Positions 1-12,623 of a stretch of 64,000 nt of DNA are shown one piece after another. The notes beneath the pieces were generated by a model that was not told where the DNA came from, did not search any database, and saw nothing but the letters and a program-made list of their open reading frames with translations. The stretch spans positions 58,156,001 through 58,220,000 of the forward strand of contig OZ024741.1 in assembly GCA_964016885.1 (NCBI GenBank), in the 5' to 3' direction. This DNA is from Eledone cirrhosa. Taxonomy: Eukaryota. Position numbers and translations under genes: made by a program. Numbering within the stretch: position 1 is the stretch's first letter; every line of letters begins with the position of its first letter.

Positions 1-218
1 CTTGCTCAACAGGCACAAACAAATGTCCACAAATACACCACACACATACACAACATTTAAAATAAGATGTATTTTTGGCAGCTAAGGAAATATTTTTTCA
101 AAACATAGAACTGTAATGCAAAGAATGCTTATGGAATATCGTATAAAACTACATAAGCTAACTTATATGTGGGAGAAAAATACATGTATATTTTATATAT
201 ATATGTGTGTGTGTGTGT

Positions 219-410
219 GATTCCCAGTTTCAATCAGGGGTAACCACAGTAAATAAGGTACTCAATACATTAGTACAGTGTATACAACAAAATTTAATAT
301 AGAAATGGCTTCTGCAGGACTAGAACGGTTTCATTCAAGCCCTTTTCCTGATGATTTCCTTTGAATGAAACAGTTCTAATCCTGTCGAAGCCATTTCTAT
401 ATTAAATTTT
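219..410. mobile_element. Short fold-back non-autonomous element (family FB1) carrying a hammerhead ribozyme; probably Penelope pLTR-derived
   Basis: Inverted arms ~290-340 / ~358-410 (aaatttaatatagaaatggcttc...gaagccatttctatattaaattt); homologous copies at 15606-15800 and 16056-16245. Confidence 0.7.
344..390 (+). ncRNA. Type I hammerhead ribozyme motif
   Basis: tttc-CTGATGA-tttcctttgaat-GAA-ACAG-ttctaatc-CTGT-C-gaag: core boxes, stem I tttc/gaag, stem III ACAG/CTGT, GUC cleavage triplet. Confidence 0.7.
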
Positions 411-468
411 ATTATATATATATATGAAAATATTCAGAACCCTGACAGCTGCGCTCCAGCCGTTTCAA

Positions 469-525
<57 letters not shown>

Positions 526-606
526 GTATAGTGGTAGCTCTGGTGCTTCCGTAGGCGGTATGCCAAAATTAGCACTCGATATTCATCAAAGTAGAGTGTA
601 GATATT

Positions 607-956
607 ATATTATAAAGAGAACGAAAAATCAGTGATGCATCTGGACTTAGTTTATTTTGTGTTACAAATATTTCGCCGGCATGTAGCTCGAGTCATGGTT
701 CTTGTATGGATCTGGCTGATTCTACTTCTGCGGGTTCTTTCAGACACGGGTGTTATGTCGGGAGCAAATTTTATCATGTGATATAATGTGATAAAATTTG
801 CTCCAGACATAACACCCGTGTCTGAAAGAACCCGCAGAAGTAATCAGCCAGATCCATACAAGGACCATGACTCGAGCTACATGCCGGCGAAACATTTGTA
901 ACATGAAATAAACTAAGTCCAGATGCATCACTGATTTTTCGTTTTCTTTATAATAT
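607..956. repeat. ~350-bp palindrome (fold-back element) with a hammerhead motif in each arm
   Basis: 607-778 is a near-perfect reverse complement of 788-956; flanked by TA-rich sequence. Confidence 0.9.
817..905 (+). ncRNA. Hammerhead-like motif with extended stem II
   Basis: cgtgt-CTGAAAGA-(~60 nt)-GAAAC-attt-GTA-acatg; stem I cgtgt/acatg; the core has one extra A. Confidence 0.55.
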
Positions 957-1007
957 ATATATATATATATATATTTATAAAAATAAATAAATATATATAT
1001 ATATATA

Positions 1008-1165
1008 CCAGAATGGAGGCAGTAAAAACCAGTTAGACCATTACTCCCCAGAGTACTCGATACTTGGGGTAGTAGATTGGGTAATATGTAACATTCGGAA
1101 CTCCGATGGTTGAGCTCCTGCCGTTTCAACAGCTAGATCGGAGATGGCTTGCCTATTCAGTGTTA
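1008..1165 (-). mobile_element. Diverged copy of the FB2 hammerhead-associated repeat
   Basis: Reverse complement resembles 15890-16015 (gaaacggc..agctcaacc..cggagtt; ctactacccc..agtatcgagtac). Confidence 0.5.
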
Positions 1166-1171
1166 TTATAA

Positions 1172-1370
1172 TGGCACACGGTGAATTGACAGTATCAGTA
1201 GAGGGTTGGATGCCATGCTTTCCAGCATAGTTACGTCCCTTTACGGTTTGAGTTCAAATCCAGTCGAGGTTAACTTTGCCTTTCCTCCTTATGGGGGTCG
1301 ATAAAATAAAGTACCTGTAATATACTGGGTAATTGCTGGCCTTGTGCCAAAAGTAGAAACAGTTATTATA
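1172..1370 (+). mobile_element. tRNA-derived SINE with Nin/MESC-like central domain
   Basis: B-box GAGTTCAAATCC followed by ttaactttgcctttc..ccttatgggggtcgataaaataaagtacc and tail attgctggccttgtgccaaaagtagaaac; many copies in the window. Confidence 0.8.
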
Positions 1371-1587
1371 GTGGCACACCATCCTCAAATGTTATATATA
1401 TGTGAGTATATATGTGTGTGTATGTGTGCATGCGCGCGTGTATAAATACATATATAGTTAGGGAAGTAGAAAATTGCTTATTGTAATCCAGTTCGTGGTT
1501 AAAATAGCCAGTTTCAGTGACGGTTTCAATGTACGGTTAGGGTAACTCCACAAGTTTGTAAGAATCACGTTCAATCTTGGAGTATAA

Positions 1588-1678
1588 AGAATAAAAGAGA
1601 AAACACAGGTAAGCATTAAAAAATACCTGGATAAAATCCTTTTTTTTTAATGCTTACCTGTGTTTTCTCTTTTATTCT
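1588..1678. repeat. Short inverted repeat (hairpin)
   Basis: agaataaaagagaaaacacaggtaagcattaaaaaa ... ttttttaatgcttacctgtgttttctcttttattct. Confidence 0.85.
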
Positions 1679-1681
1679 ATT

Positions 1682-1760
<79 letters not shown>

Positions 1761-2089
1761 AATAAATGGAAGCAATAAAGCAAACAACACAGTACAATGA
1801 TGAAATATATTAGTTTAACGTTTGATATAGTAGGAAAAGAATCTTTATATTTCAGACATTAGTCCTTCATCAAATGAAATAAAAAGATAGAAAGTGAGAA
1901 GAGGATGGAACAGAAAAAAACTTTATTCAGAAAAAGCATGTGTGTATTCAGTCAGCCATTTTAGAGAAAAAAATATATATCTGCTTAGTAGTAGACACAC
2001 ATGTGTGTCTGTGTGTGTAGCTATGACAACCCAAATTTCAAGACACTACTTCACAGCAAAAAATATATTCTCTTCTAATGGATAGGAAA

Positions 2090-2646
2090 ATGGTAGTATT
2101 ATTGGATAGGCTAGTGGATAGACAGAATCGTTAGAGCATCGGGCAAAATGCTTTGTGGTATTTAGTTATGGCCCTTTATGTTCTGTATTCAAATCCCACC
2201 AAGGTCTACTTTGTCTTTCATCTTTCTGGGGAGTCAAAACCAGTTAAGTACTAGTATTGATATAATCAATTCCCCCTCTTCAAAGTCTTGGTGGATTGGT
2301 AGTGTTTTGCGGCATACAATTTTGTCCCTTTACGTACCAGTAACACACTGGCTTCGATTTAATCGAATTTCCCCTCCCCTCAAAATTGCTGGCCTTGTGC
2401 CTAAATTAGAAATCATTATTATTTTCTTCTCTTATTATTTTCTACTGCCAAGGGTAGTGGATTGGCAGTATCGGTAGAGGGTCGGACGCTATGCTTTGAC
2501 GCATAGAGTTATGGCCCTTGCCATTCTGAGTTCAAATCCCGCTGAGGTTAACTTTGCCTTTCATCCTTACGGGGTCGATGAAATAAAGTACCAGTAATGC
2601 ACTGAGTATTTTTTGGCCTTGTGCCAAAAGTAGAAACAATTATTAT
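2090..2646 (+). mobile_element. Tandem cluster of Nin-type tRNA SINEs
   Basis: Repeated ttcaaatccc..actttgcctttcatcc..ggggtcgat..aagtaccag and gctggccttgtgcc..aa.tagaaac tails. Confidence 0.8.
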
Positions 2647-4724
2647 TTTCTTCTCTTTATTCAGTATTCATTGTTGCTGTCAGGTATTTGGATTGCTAGA
2701 TAGCAAGCTGTCTCCTTCAGCCAGCAGATATATGTAACACATTTCCTATAGTCTTCCTCTCCTCCTTTTTATTATTTTTGTTATTATTATTATTTTCAAA
2801 TTACCGAATTAGTTTTTTTTTCTATTTTATGTATCTTAATGTCTTTGTTGTTGTTGCTTTGTTGTTGTTTTCCAATTTTCTACAAGAGTTTCTTACTTTC
2901 CCTGATTACACATCCATATTTTTACTGCAGTATATTCCATTGATTTCTCAATGGAGGAACAAACTAAAAAAATTTACCAAATTTGAAAGTGTATATCTAT
3001 ATAGATAATGTGTGCATATATATATATATATATATATGTGTATGTGTGTGTGTGTACAGTTACGTATGTGTGTGTAATATACATATGCTTATGTATGTAT
3101 ATATGTATGTACGTATAGTGTATGGTGTGTGTGTGTGTGTATGGATGTACATAGACATACGCACACATTGCCAAAAGCACCATGCAGAGACTGCCACAGT
3201 AATCTATAAGCACAGCGTTTGGTGAACACTTAATTAGTCTTCAGATTGAATTCTAGGATTGTAGCATCTGTTAAGATTGGTTCTGCTGTAGTTTAGAGGT
3301 AGCAGAACCAAAGAAATTTCAGGAAGAATCCACTTAAAATCTGACTAATAAATCACTAGAAATATACTTTCCTCACAAATCTTCAATCTTTTTTTTGTGA
3401 GTCATTTATTGGATCGCTCTTCTTTACACAGATTCATTTTGTCAATTGTGGAGAGAGAGAATTAGAATCCAAAGATCGTCCAAGATGATAGTACAAGCTA
3501 GATTATCACTTTTTGATACCAAACCACCTGAAAAGATCCCTGGTTCTATGATACAGGGCTATTAGTTTTATAATGTTTATGCTTATCTAAAAACTTTCCT
3601 TATGCAAGAAGCTTTAAGTTATTTTTCAAACACCAACCTTATAATGAGAAAGTTATTTTACTAAAACCCTCCAAATCCCTCAGTAACCCTGAATAGTGGA
3701 ACAAAAGGAGCATAAATGACTTTTGTGTGGAATCATCATCATCAGTGTAACATAGATACACATTCTACATGTTTGCTGAAGTGATGTGGGGAAATATTTG
3801 TAATGAAAAATACTATCTACTATTTTCAATCCATTTTTTAAATAAGCAAGCATTTTACAGGATTCAGTAATATAGCTAATCTATTCATTAAGGAGGCGTT
3901 TGGAACATAGTTCAACAAATTCCCTTGCATAAAATTATGATGGAAGGATTTTAGATAAATATAAATACTTTGAAATAAACAGCTTAGTAATAGAACGAAA
4001 AGCAGTTTCATGTAATGTGGTAAGAACAGGGTTAAGCAGAAAGAGTGTTATAAAAGGGGTATAAATGATGACAGCAACAATGATAAATGGAGAAATAAAA
4101 GTGAAACTTGGGAGTAATCGCAAAGCAACTACTCAAATTTAAAAGACAAAACTCAGAGAGATAGATATAAAGAAAAAAAAAATGTCAAGGATTATTATTA
4201 CTCCCATGAAGACAATGCAATATATAGAAAGATAATTAATACAATAAAAGACATAAAAATATGATTTGTAAGAGCGATGAAGGTGGGGGAAATATCAGAA
4301 ATATAATATAACATGAACTTAAAGAGAGAAATGTTGAAATATGGGAAGGAAAAGGCCTAAAATTGAAAGCTATAAAAAAGGAAATAAATTATGTGTATGT
4401 GTATGTATAAGCATGTGTGTATATTTATGTGTGTGTGTGTTTGTATGTATACCTATATATATGCTTGTGTGTGTGTGTGTATGTATATCACCGTTTAATA
4501 TCTATCTATATATATTTGTGTGTGTATGTATCATCATCATCATCGTTTAACGTCTATCTGTATATCTATATATATGTAAGACTAATAATAATAGTAATAA
4601 TAATAATAATAATGGATGCACGTTTTGCTTTCTTTTACTATGCTGTCATACTCCTACAAAAAAGGTACCTTAAAATATGCTAGAAGATCTATCTTTATTG
4701 TCTTACAGAAGTAATAGATATACA

Positions 4725-4824
4725 CAGGGTGTCCCAAAAAATGTATACAGACTTCAACTGAATTCTAAGGAATATTGTCTGTACAGGTAATCAAAGTGTG
4801 TATACATTTTGGGGGGACACCCTG
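4725..4824. mobile_element. Tc1/mariner-type MITE
   Basis: TIRs CAGGGTGTCCC..aaaatgtataca / tgtatacatttt..GGGACACCCTG, followed by TA on the right. Confidence 0.75.
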
Positions 4825-5150
4825 TATATATATATACAATGCAAATGACCATAATAATAGTCAATCATTATAAATAATCATTGAGTAAATAAAAAAAAAG
4901 TGGATAGAGCTGCCTCCACTGTTTTTTTCCATCTCCAAGGGTATTTTACCTGATTTTCTCAACAATTCTTTAAGGTGATCAACTATTAAATGCATTCATT
5001 TTAAATTTCAAATTTACTCAATGCTTACCATATATACTTGACCAAAATATATGCCTGATAAATGGACAAAATTCCAAACCTTATTTATAAGCTGAGGCAG
5101 CTAATCAACACATGTTTCGATGGAGTGGTTTTGAGTTTCTCATAATATTG

Positions 5151-5292
5151 TATTGGTACTTAATTTTATCGACCCTGTAAAGATGAAATTCAAAGTTAAC
5201 CATATCAGGATTTGAACTCAGAACATAAAGGGCCATAACCATATGCTACTAAACATGCCTGATGCTTCACTGATATAGCCAAGCCACCACCT
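5151..5292 (-). mobile_element. Nin-type SINE (reverse)
   Basis: tggtact..ttttatcgaccc..gatgaaa..caaagttaacc..ggatttgaactcagaac. Confidence 0.7.
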
Positions 5293-6374
5293 TAATAACA
5301 ACAGAAACAACAATAAACCATTGAAAATAACTTTGGTTTCTGAGATTCTTCTCCAACTTTCATTTAACTGGTCCACTGTGGAAATGGTCATTGATCATTG
5401 TAAAAATTATATTTAAAAATAAAAAGTGGGAAGAGTTTTTCATTAATACTTCTAATATTAGTTGTCTTCCAGAATATTTTTGAGTGATTTATCAAACCTC
5501 TACTTTCCCAGCTGTTCCACCTCCCCAATTATTGTACTAAAAGAGATGTAGAGCAATAATATTTCTTGAAGTTTTACAGCTATTTTGAAATATAGATAAC
5601 AATAACTTCAATGAAACACGTTTGAACATAACGTCTGCTTTACTGAGTGAGAGGACAAAAGATAGGAAATAAAATGAGAAAATGGTAGAAATAAGTAGAA
5701 AGAGAGAAAGAGAGAGAGAGATGCCAATTCCTGAAATCTTTTGATGTATTTATTTTGAAAAAAGGAAAAAAACACTCATCATTGCTCTTCTATCCTGCAT
5801 TGTTAATGGCCAGGGTCTCTAAAGCATCAAATCAAATGACTCGGAATTTGTACTAATTCTTTGCAATCTGTGTTCAACTTTGCTTTTCATACTTTTGAGG
5901 TCAATAATAATTAAAGTACCAGTCTCGTAGTGGGGGTAGATTCTTCCCCCCCTCACCATCATTCTCTCTTTCTGGAAGAAATCAGATGCGTTTAGATCTA
6001 GACAGAGATGGGCTCCACCAGGTTTGAAATGCTCATGACATGCCATGGGTCACAACAGCACCCATACAACTCCATCAGGAGTTTAAGAGCCTTTCTTTGC
6101 TGTTTGTGGTGGAGTCATCCAAGTGCTAGATTATATGTCTTGCCATTTGTACTAGCTCTCTGCACTGACAGCCAGAAAGAATACTGCCAAGTATTACATA
6201 AGATGTTCTAACGACTCTGCCAATTCTACATCTACTCAGGTAGTACATTTGAATTTATAAATAACAACAAACATCTACTGATGAAACAACTCAATCATTC
6301 TAAGTAGAACCATGTTTATTATAGATATTGGTTTAGATTGACATTCCTTACATGCATATGTGTATGTACATACA

Positions 6375-6493
6375 TAGGAGAGAGAGGGGTGGGGTAGAGA
6401 GGGGGGTTAGAGAGGGGGGTAGGGAAAGAGAGGTAGAGAAAGAGAGGTAGAGAAAGAGGGGTAGAGAGAGATATGAGTAGAGAGAGAGGAGGT

Positions 6494-6524
<31 letters not shown>

Positions 6525-6540
6525 AAGAGAGAAAGAGAGC
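6375..6540. repeat. GA/GGA-rich simple repeat
   Basis: (GA)n and GAGGTAGAGAAA-like units. Confidence 0.9.
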
Positions 6541-6964
6541 AACAAAAGAAGGATGGGAAGAAACTATAGACTACACCACACAGTTTCCCTGTTGAGAAAA
6601 TTAAATATTTATGTGTGAAGAATGACACTATATCCAATAGACAGCTTTCTACTTTCACTATCAAGCCACTTTGGTTCAGTGACAGCTACTTTAGGAAGGG
6701 GGCTTGATCAATGTCAAGGTAGTTTTGATTAAGTGATCATTATTAAGGTTACCACAACCTAATAACAGATCACTCTGACAGTTTGGTGACATTCAATCAT
6801 AATATTTCCGATGTGATGTCATCACATATACACAACACTAACCTGTACAATTAACTCTTCTTTTAATGGATTTATATCAAACACACAATAATTTACTTTG
6901 CAGTATTGGAAAATAATAGAATAGCGTCCAAATACAAATTGAAGGCATATATACATATAATATA

Positions 6965-7004
<40 letters not shown>

Positions 7005-7010
<6 letters not shown>

Positions 7011-8978
7011 ATGAAATGACAGGAGGCTGGATTTGTGTAAATCCTTGAAAGGTTTATTATACATTTCAATGACCGGGTTCCGTATGAATCCGGTGATATC
7101 ATCAGGTATTCGAAATATAATACGTGAATGTAATAGGTAAAATCCATGGGGCTGAAAATCGAGACCCGAGGGCGACCGCTATTCTGTTCCTTCAACCTCA
7201 GCCGGTCGCCCTGGAGTGACGTGGCTAAATTTTATAGTATGCTACTACCGGTCAGATGAACGAAAACAGAAAGAGATGGGAGCATAGGTTAACGTCGATC
7301 CCATGACACAAGGTAAAAGAAAGAAAGAAAGGAAGGAGAAGAAGGGGGAAGAAAGAAGAAGAGAAGTCAGGGTTAATGTCAGCTAAAAGAGGAAGGTAAC
7401 TACTACTGGTCAGATATAGGCAAGCAAGAGGGGGAAGGAAGATAAGTCTGCGGGAGGAGGAGAGGAGAGAAGGAAAGGAAGAGAGAAGTAGAAAAGTAAG
7501 GGTTGATGGCTACAAGAAGGAAGATAGAAAGGAAGAGGAAGAAAGGTCGATATTAATGTCAGACCACAGTCAAGCCAGGAGTGGCGCGAGAAAATTTTTA
7601 CAGGGACCCGCATCTTAGCGGAGATGAATATATTGGGAGTCAGTGTTTTACAGTGTTTAGACTTCTAGGATGAAGTTAAAAAAATTTAATAATCAATATT
7701 CAATATTAAAGAGGTTAGAAAATTTAAAGTTCAACAGTTTAACAATTAATTATATAATAGTTCCGATTTGTTCTGTAATTTAAAGGTACTATTTGGCGGT
7801 TAAAACAACGGCCGCGCCCCGGGCCCCATGGCGAATTAAGCCACGCCGAGTATTTTCATTTACTGAAAGAAGGGGAAATTTATTTTTCCAAGCACTCCAG
7901 GTGAGCTCGTTCGCCAGGGAGCTGGTCGCGCCGCCATTAAAACCCACCCAACAGTCCGACAGAAAGTTGGAACTTTAAAATTTAGCTTAGAGAAGTAAAA
8001 GAGTAATGGTTGATAGCTACAAGAAGGAAGATAGAAAGAGAGAGGAAGGAAGGTCGATATTAATGTCACACCACAGTCAGGCCAGGAGTGGCGCGACAAA
8101 ATTTTCACAGGGACTCGCATCTTAGCAGAGGTGAATATATTGGGGCCCGGGGCGCGGCCGGTGTTTTAACCGCCAAATAGTACCTTTAAATTACAGAACA
8201 AATCGGAACTATTATATATATCAACCTGAAACTGTTGAGCTTTAAATTTTCTAACCTCTTTAATATGGAATATTGATTATTAATTTATTAATTTTTTAAC
8301 TTCATCCTATAAGTCTAAACATTGTAACACACTGACCCCCAATATATTCATCTCCGCTAAGATGCGGGTCCCTGTAAAAATTTTCTCGCGCCACTCCTGG
8401 CTTGACTGTGGTCTGACATTAATATCGACCTTTCTTCCTCTTCCTTTCTATCTTCCTCCTTGTAGCCATCAACCCTTACTTTTCTACTTCTCTCTTCCTT
8501 TCCTTCTCTCCTCTCCTCCTCCCGCAGACTTATCTTCCTTCCCCCTCTTGCTTGCCTATATCTGACCAGTAGTAGTTACCTTCCTCTTTTAGCTGACATT
8601 AACCCTGACTTCTCTTCTTCTTTCTTCCCCCTTCTTCTCCTTCCTTTCTTTCTTTCTTTTACCTTGTGTCATGGGATCGACGTTAACCTATGCTCCCATC
8701 TCTTTCTGTTTTCGTTCATCTGACCGGTAGTAGCATACTATAAAATTTAGCCACGTCACTCCAGGGCGACCGGCTGAGGTTGAAGGAACAGAATAGCGGT
8801 CGCCCTCGGGTCTCGATTTTCAGCCCCATGGATTTTACCTATTACATTCACGTATTATATTTCGAATACCTGATGATATCACCGGATTCATACGGAACCC
8901 GGTCATTGAAATGATCATAGTATAATAAACCTTTCAAGGATTTACACAAATCCAGCCTCCTGTCATTTCATTATAATA
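7005..8978. mobile_element. ~2-kb palindromic non-coding element (two ~820-bp inverted arms) with a hammerhead near the outer ends; probably PLE-derived
   Basis: 7005-7827 is a near-identical reverse complement of 8141-8978; the spacer contains a diverged partial repeat (7985-8145 similar to 7480-7640). Confidence 0.85.
8866..8923 (+). ncRNA. Type I hammerhead ribozyme motif
   Basis: atac-CTGATGA-tatcACCGGattcatacggaacCCGGTcatt-GAAA-tgatc-ATA-gtat; palindromic stem III ATGATCAT. Confidence 0.65.
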
Positions 8979-9114
8979 TTTAACTCCGTAATAGCACCAC
9001 CAACTACAAAAACAAAGACGGTTAAACTGCTTTACGTTGAGTACTCTCTATATTATTGCATTACGATTGACCATACGGAATAGACCAGCTCTATACAGTG
9101 GTGAACCTCAAACC

Positions 9115-9159
<45 letters not shown>

Positions 9160-9210
9160 ATATACAATGATATTAAATAAATGGAAATTATATTTATAAA
9201 ACCATATTTA

Positions 9211-9264
9211 TTCTATCATATATTTCAAAGGTACCAAAACTTTGGTATGCCTCATCAGATAAAA
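9211..9264 (-). ncRNA. Degenerate hammerhead motif
   Basis: Reverse complement: tttat-CTGATGA-ggcaTACCAAAgtTTTGGTAccttt-GAAA-tatatg-atagaa; cleavage triplet non-canonical. Confidence 0.5.
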
Positions 9265-9334
9265 TACATAGTTAGTTTTATAAATAATTGAAATAAATAT
9301 ATATAATATATATATATATATAATATATAATATA

Positions 9335-10258
9335 TCATCATCATCATCACCGTTTTACGTCCGTTCTTCCACGCTAGCATGGGTTAGACGGGTTGTCCTG
9401 TTGTGGGCAGTGTCTGGTCGGCTGACCATGCCTTGCTCATACAGGAACTGATTTGGCTTGATTTCTACAGCTGGATGCTCTTCCTAACACCAACCTCATT
9501 TACAGTGAGTGCTGGGTGCTTTTTCGTGGCGCCTACACATCCACTTTACAGTGTGGGCTGGGTACTTTTTTGTCATGGCACCTCCACGACCACCTTGCAG
9601 TGGGGGGTGTGGGCACATATTGTCTATATGCTTCAGCTTGTACCCATGGGAGGTCGGGTACTCTGTATTACTGCGTGACGCCAGAGGTCACGGTCGTGTG
9701 TCATCATCGCATTTGAGAGGTGTAATTGGGTAAGGTCGGCTTTTATCACCTCATCCCAGGTCATCTTGGGTCTCCCCACTCCGCGGTTTCCAATGACTTC
9801 TAGTGCTCTGCACCTTTTTATGCAGCTGTTATCCTTCATACGCATCACATGTCCATACCAACGCAACCACCTCTCCTGCACACAGCATTTGATTCCTCTT
9901 ATCAGTCTCTCTCTCAATTCATTTATGCTTTGTCGTTCGCATATATTACTATTACACATCCATCAGAGCATGCAGGCTTCGTTTCTCTCTAATCTACATA
10001 AGTCTTCCACCTTCAGCGCCCAGGTCTCACTACCATGTAACATTGCTGTTCGGATACACGCATCATACAGTCTGCCTTTCATTTTGATGGAGAAGCCTTT
10101 TGCAGGTAGCAGTGGTAGTAGTTCCCTAAACTTCTTCCATCCCGTTCTTACCCTAGTTATTGTACTTTCTGAACACCCACCTCCGCTGCTAATTTGGTCA
10201 CCTAGGTAGCAGAAGCTGTCTACTGTTTCTACAGAGCCCTCCCAGAGATTGGTGGTAT
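9335..10258 (-). mobile_element. 5'-truncated RTE LINE, family A (C-terminus, 3'UTR and (ATG)n tail)
   Basis: Near-identical to ~37990-38916; ORFs 9633-9959 and 9963-10325 match the C-terminus of the 35495 ORF. Confidence 0.95.
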
Positions 10259-10305
10259 ATAATATATATAATATATAATATATATAATATATATAATATA
10301 TATAT

Positions 10306-10468
10306 AAATAAAAATCATAGGTCATTGTTTCTGAGGAAGACAGTGAGATAGATCTTGAATATTAACATTGGAAATAGGTGGTGGTTACATCACCACCTAT
10401 TTCCAATGTTAATTTTCAAGATCTATCTCACTGTCTTCCTCAGAAACAATGACCTATGATTTTTATTT
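10306..10468. repeat. Near-perfect 163-bp palindrome
   Basis: aaataaaaatcataggtc...ggtggtg-gtta-catcaccacc...gacctatgatttttattt. Confidence 0.9.
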
Positions 10469-10934
10469 TCACTTTATATAGGGAGTCATGAAAAAATTCT
10501 GTCCAATGTGGCTAGGGCTTGGAAGAGGAATAGGGAATTGATGAGGTTTGTGTAGGAGACAAAAGATAAGGAAGTTGGACCAATTAGCAAGATAGCATTG
10601 AGTTTTATCAACATTCTTTGCCCCACCTTAAATAGGTGAATACCGTCTTTGTGTGTCTTTGTGTGTGTGTGTGTGTGTGTGTGTGTGAGTGTGTGTGTGT
10701 GTGTGTGTATAGATATGTACACATATGTATATTCATACACAAGTAACTTCCTGGCTCTATCCCTCCCCACTTCCTCATCTTCAATCTAAACAAGCAAACC
10801 TCTCTCTCAAGGCCATTGATGGAAAAATAAGATTTTATTTCAACCCATGTTAGCTGGCTATTGTAGTTGACTAGCATAGCCATGTGCATGAATCCCCCGA
10901 CTGTCATCATGCAATCACACAATTTTTTTCCCTT

Positions 10935-12410
10935 TCAGGTACATAGAGCTTCTATCAAAGGAAATAACAACAACTGTCAAGGTACAAATCTCAGGACTGC
11001 CATCCTCAATGCTGGCACTCTGAGAGGAAATCAGATGAAAGTGTTGAATTATTAGAAAGAAGAGGTGTAGATGTATACTGTGACCTGGTGGTGGGATAGC
11101 ACAGTGGATAGAGACATTAAAGCCAAGAGACAAGCATGGAAAGACTGGAAAAATGGGAGTAGAAGAGACAAGTACCGGGTAGCTAAGTTGAAGCTAGATG
11201 ACAGGAATACACAGCTCAGAGAGTGGCTGAAAAAAAAAGTTTGCCAATGTATTGAGACATGAGGACCAGAAATGTGAAGTGTTCTGCATTGTAAGGCAGT
11301 GTGTTAGTACAGATCAAGATGTTATTGGGGGAAAATGTTTTAGAGATGATACTGGTGCACTTAGCACCACTGATGCCTAAAATAAAGCGGTCTGGAAATG
11401 TAACTATGAGAAATTGATGAATGTAGAGAATAAATGGGAGGAAGAGAGACTACCCACAACTTGCCCAACAAAAGGACCAGCTATTGAAATCGCAAAGAAG
11501 CAAAGAGATGAAAAATGGTAAAGCTGTGGAACCATCAGAGATAGTTGCTGAGATGCTAAAAGCATCAAGTGAAGTAGGAGTCAAACTAGTAACCTGCATA
11601 GCTAATCAGGTACAGATGCCCTCTTCTTACTGAGACAACTACAAGAGAAGTTCATAGCCAAGAATAGGCCACTATATTTAGCTTTTGTTGATCTTGAAAA
11701 GGCATTTTACAGAGAACCTCGATCCATTATCTGGTAGTACTTATGGAAATTAGCTGTAGAAGACTGGTTTGTGAGAGCAGTGCAAGTCATGTACAGAAGA
11801 ACTGTCAACAAAGTGAGAGTAGGAAGTGAGTTTAGTGAGGAATTCAAGGTGCAGGTAGGAGTTCATCAGGGTTTGGTTCTTAGCCCACTACTATTCATTA
11901 TAGTTCTCCAAGCTATAACAGGAGTTTAAGACCGGCTACTCATGGGAACATCTTTATGCAGATGATCTGGTCCTTATGGCTGAATCCATTAAAGAACTAG
12001 AAAACAAGTTCCAACTAGGGAAACTAAATTTGAAATCAAAAGGTCTGAGAGTAAATTTAGCCAAAACTAAAAATGCTAGTGAGTAGGAGATAGGACCCTG
12101 ATTCCTTCAGAGAAGTGGCCCTGCTCAATATACAGAAAGGGAGTAAACAGAAACTTCATACAATGTACACAATGTAAATCTTGTCTACTCAAGAGATGTA
12201 GTGGGATAACAGATAAACAGGAGGGGAAGACCTTGTAAGTAGAAGATACACAGGGGTAATCGAGAGGAAGAACTCCTGTGATGTAAACCATTTCTAGTCA
12301 TAGGAAAGACCCATAGAAGTGGTTGATAGCTTCTGCTATCTAGGTGAGATAATTAGCAATGGAGGTGGGGGCTCTGAGAGCATAATAGTTAGAATAAGGA
12401 TAGGATGGAA
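10935..12410 (+). pseudogene. Old degenerate RTE LINE (APE start, RT core, with internal deletions)
   Basis: Frameshifted peptides such as [34 protein letters not shown] homologous to the 35495 ORF. Confidence 0.9.
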
Positions 12411-12564
12411 ACATACTTTGTGTTAGTTAATCAACTGACATATTGTAGCAGAATAGAGCACACAACAAAGTATACAAGTAGGTCTGTGTACTCCAGAGAA
12501 TAATTATTATAATGAAGTACAAGTCAACCAGTTAGAATTTACTTCATTTATTCATCATGCAATC

Positions 12565-12623
12565 GCTGTTATATATACTTCGATGATAACCATTATGCAA
12601 CAATTATGACCTCATCAGACAGC
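12565..12623 (-). ncRNA. Hammerhead-like motif (GAAA mutated to GAAG)
   Basis: Reverse complement: gctgt-CTGATGA-ggtcataat...atcatc-GAAG-tatatATA-acagc; perfect 5-bp stem I. Confidence 0.55.

Noticed and set aside
7410-8565. Repeated MRVPVKIFSRHSW ORFs
   Set aside because: Low-complexity translations of palindrome arms; no domain.
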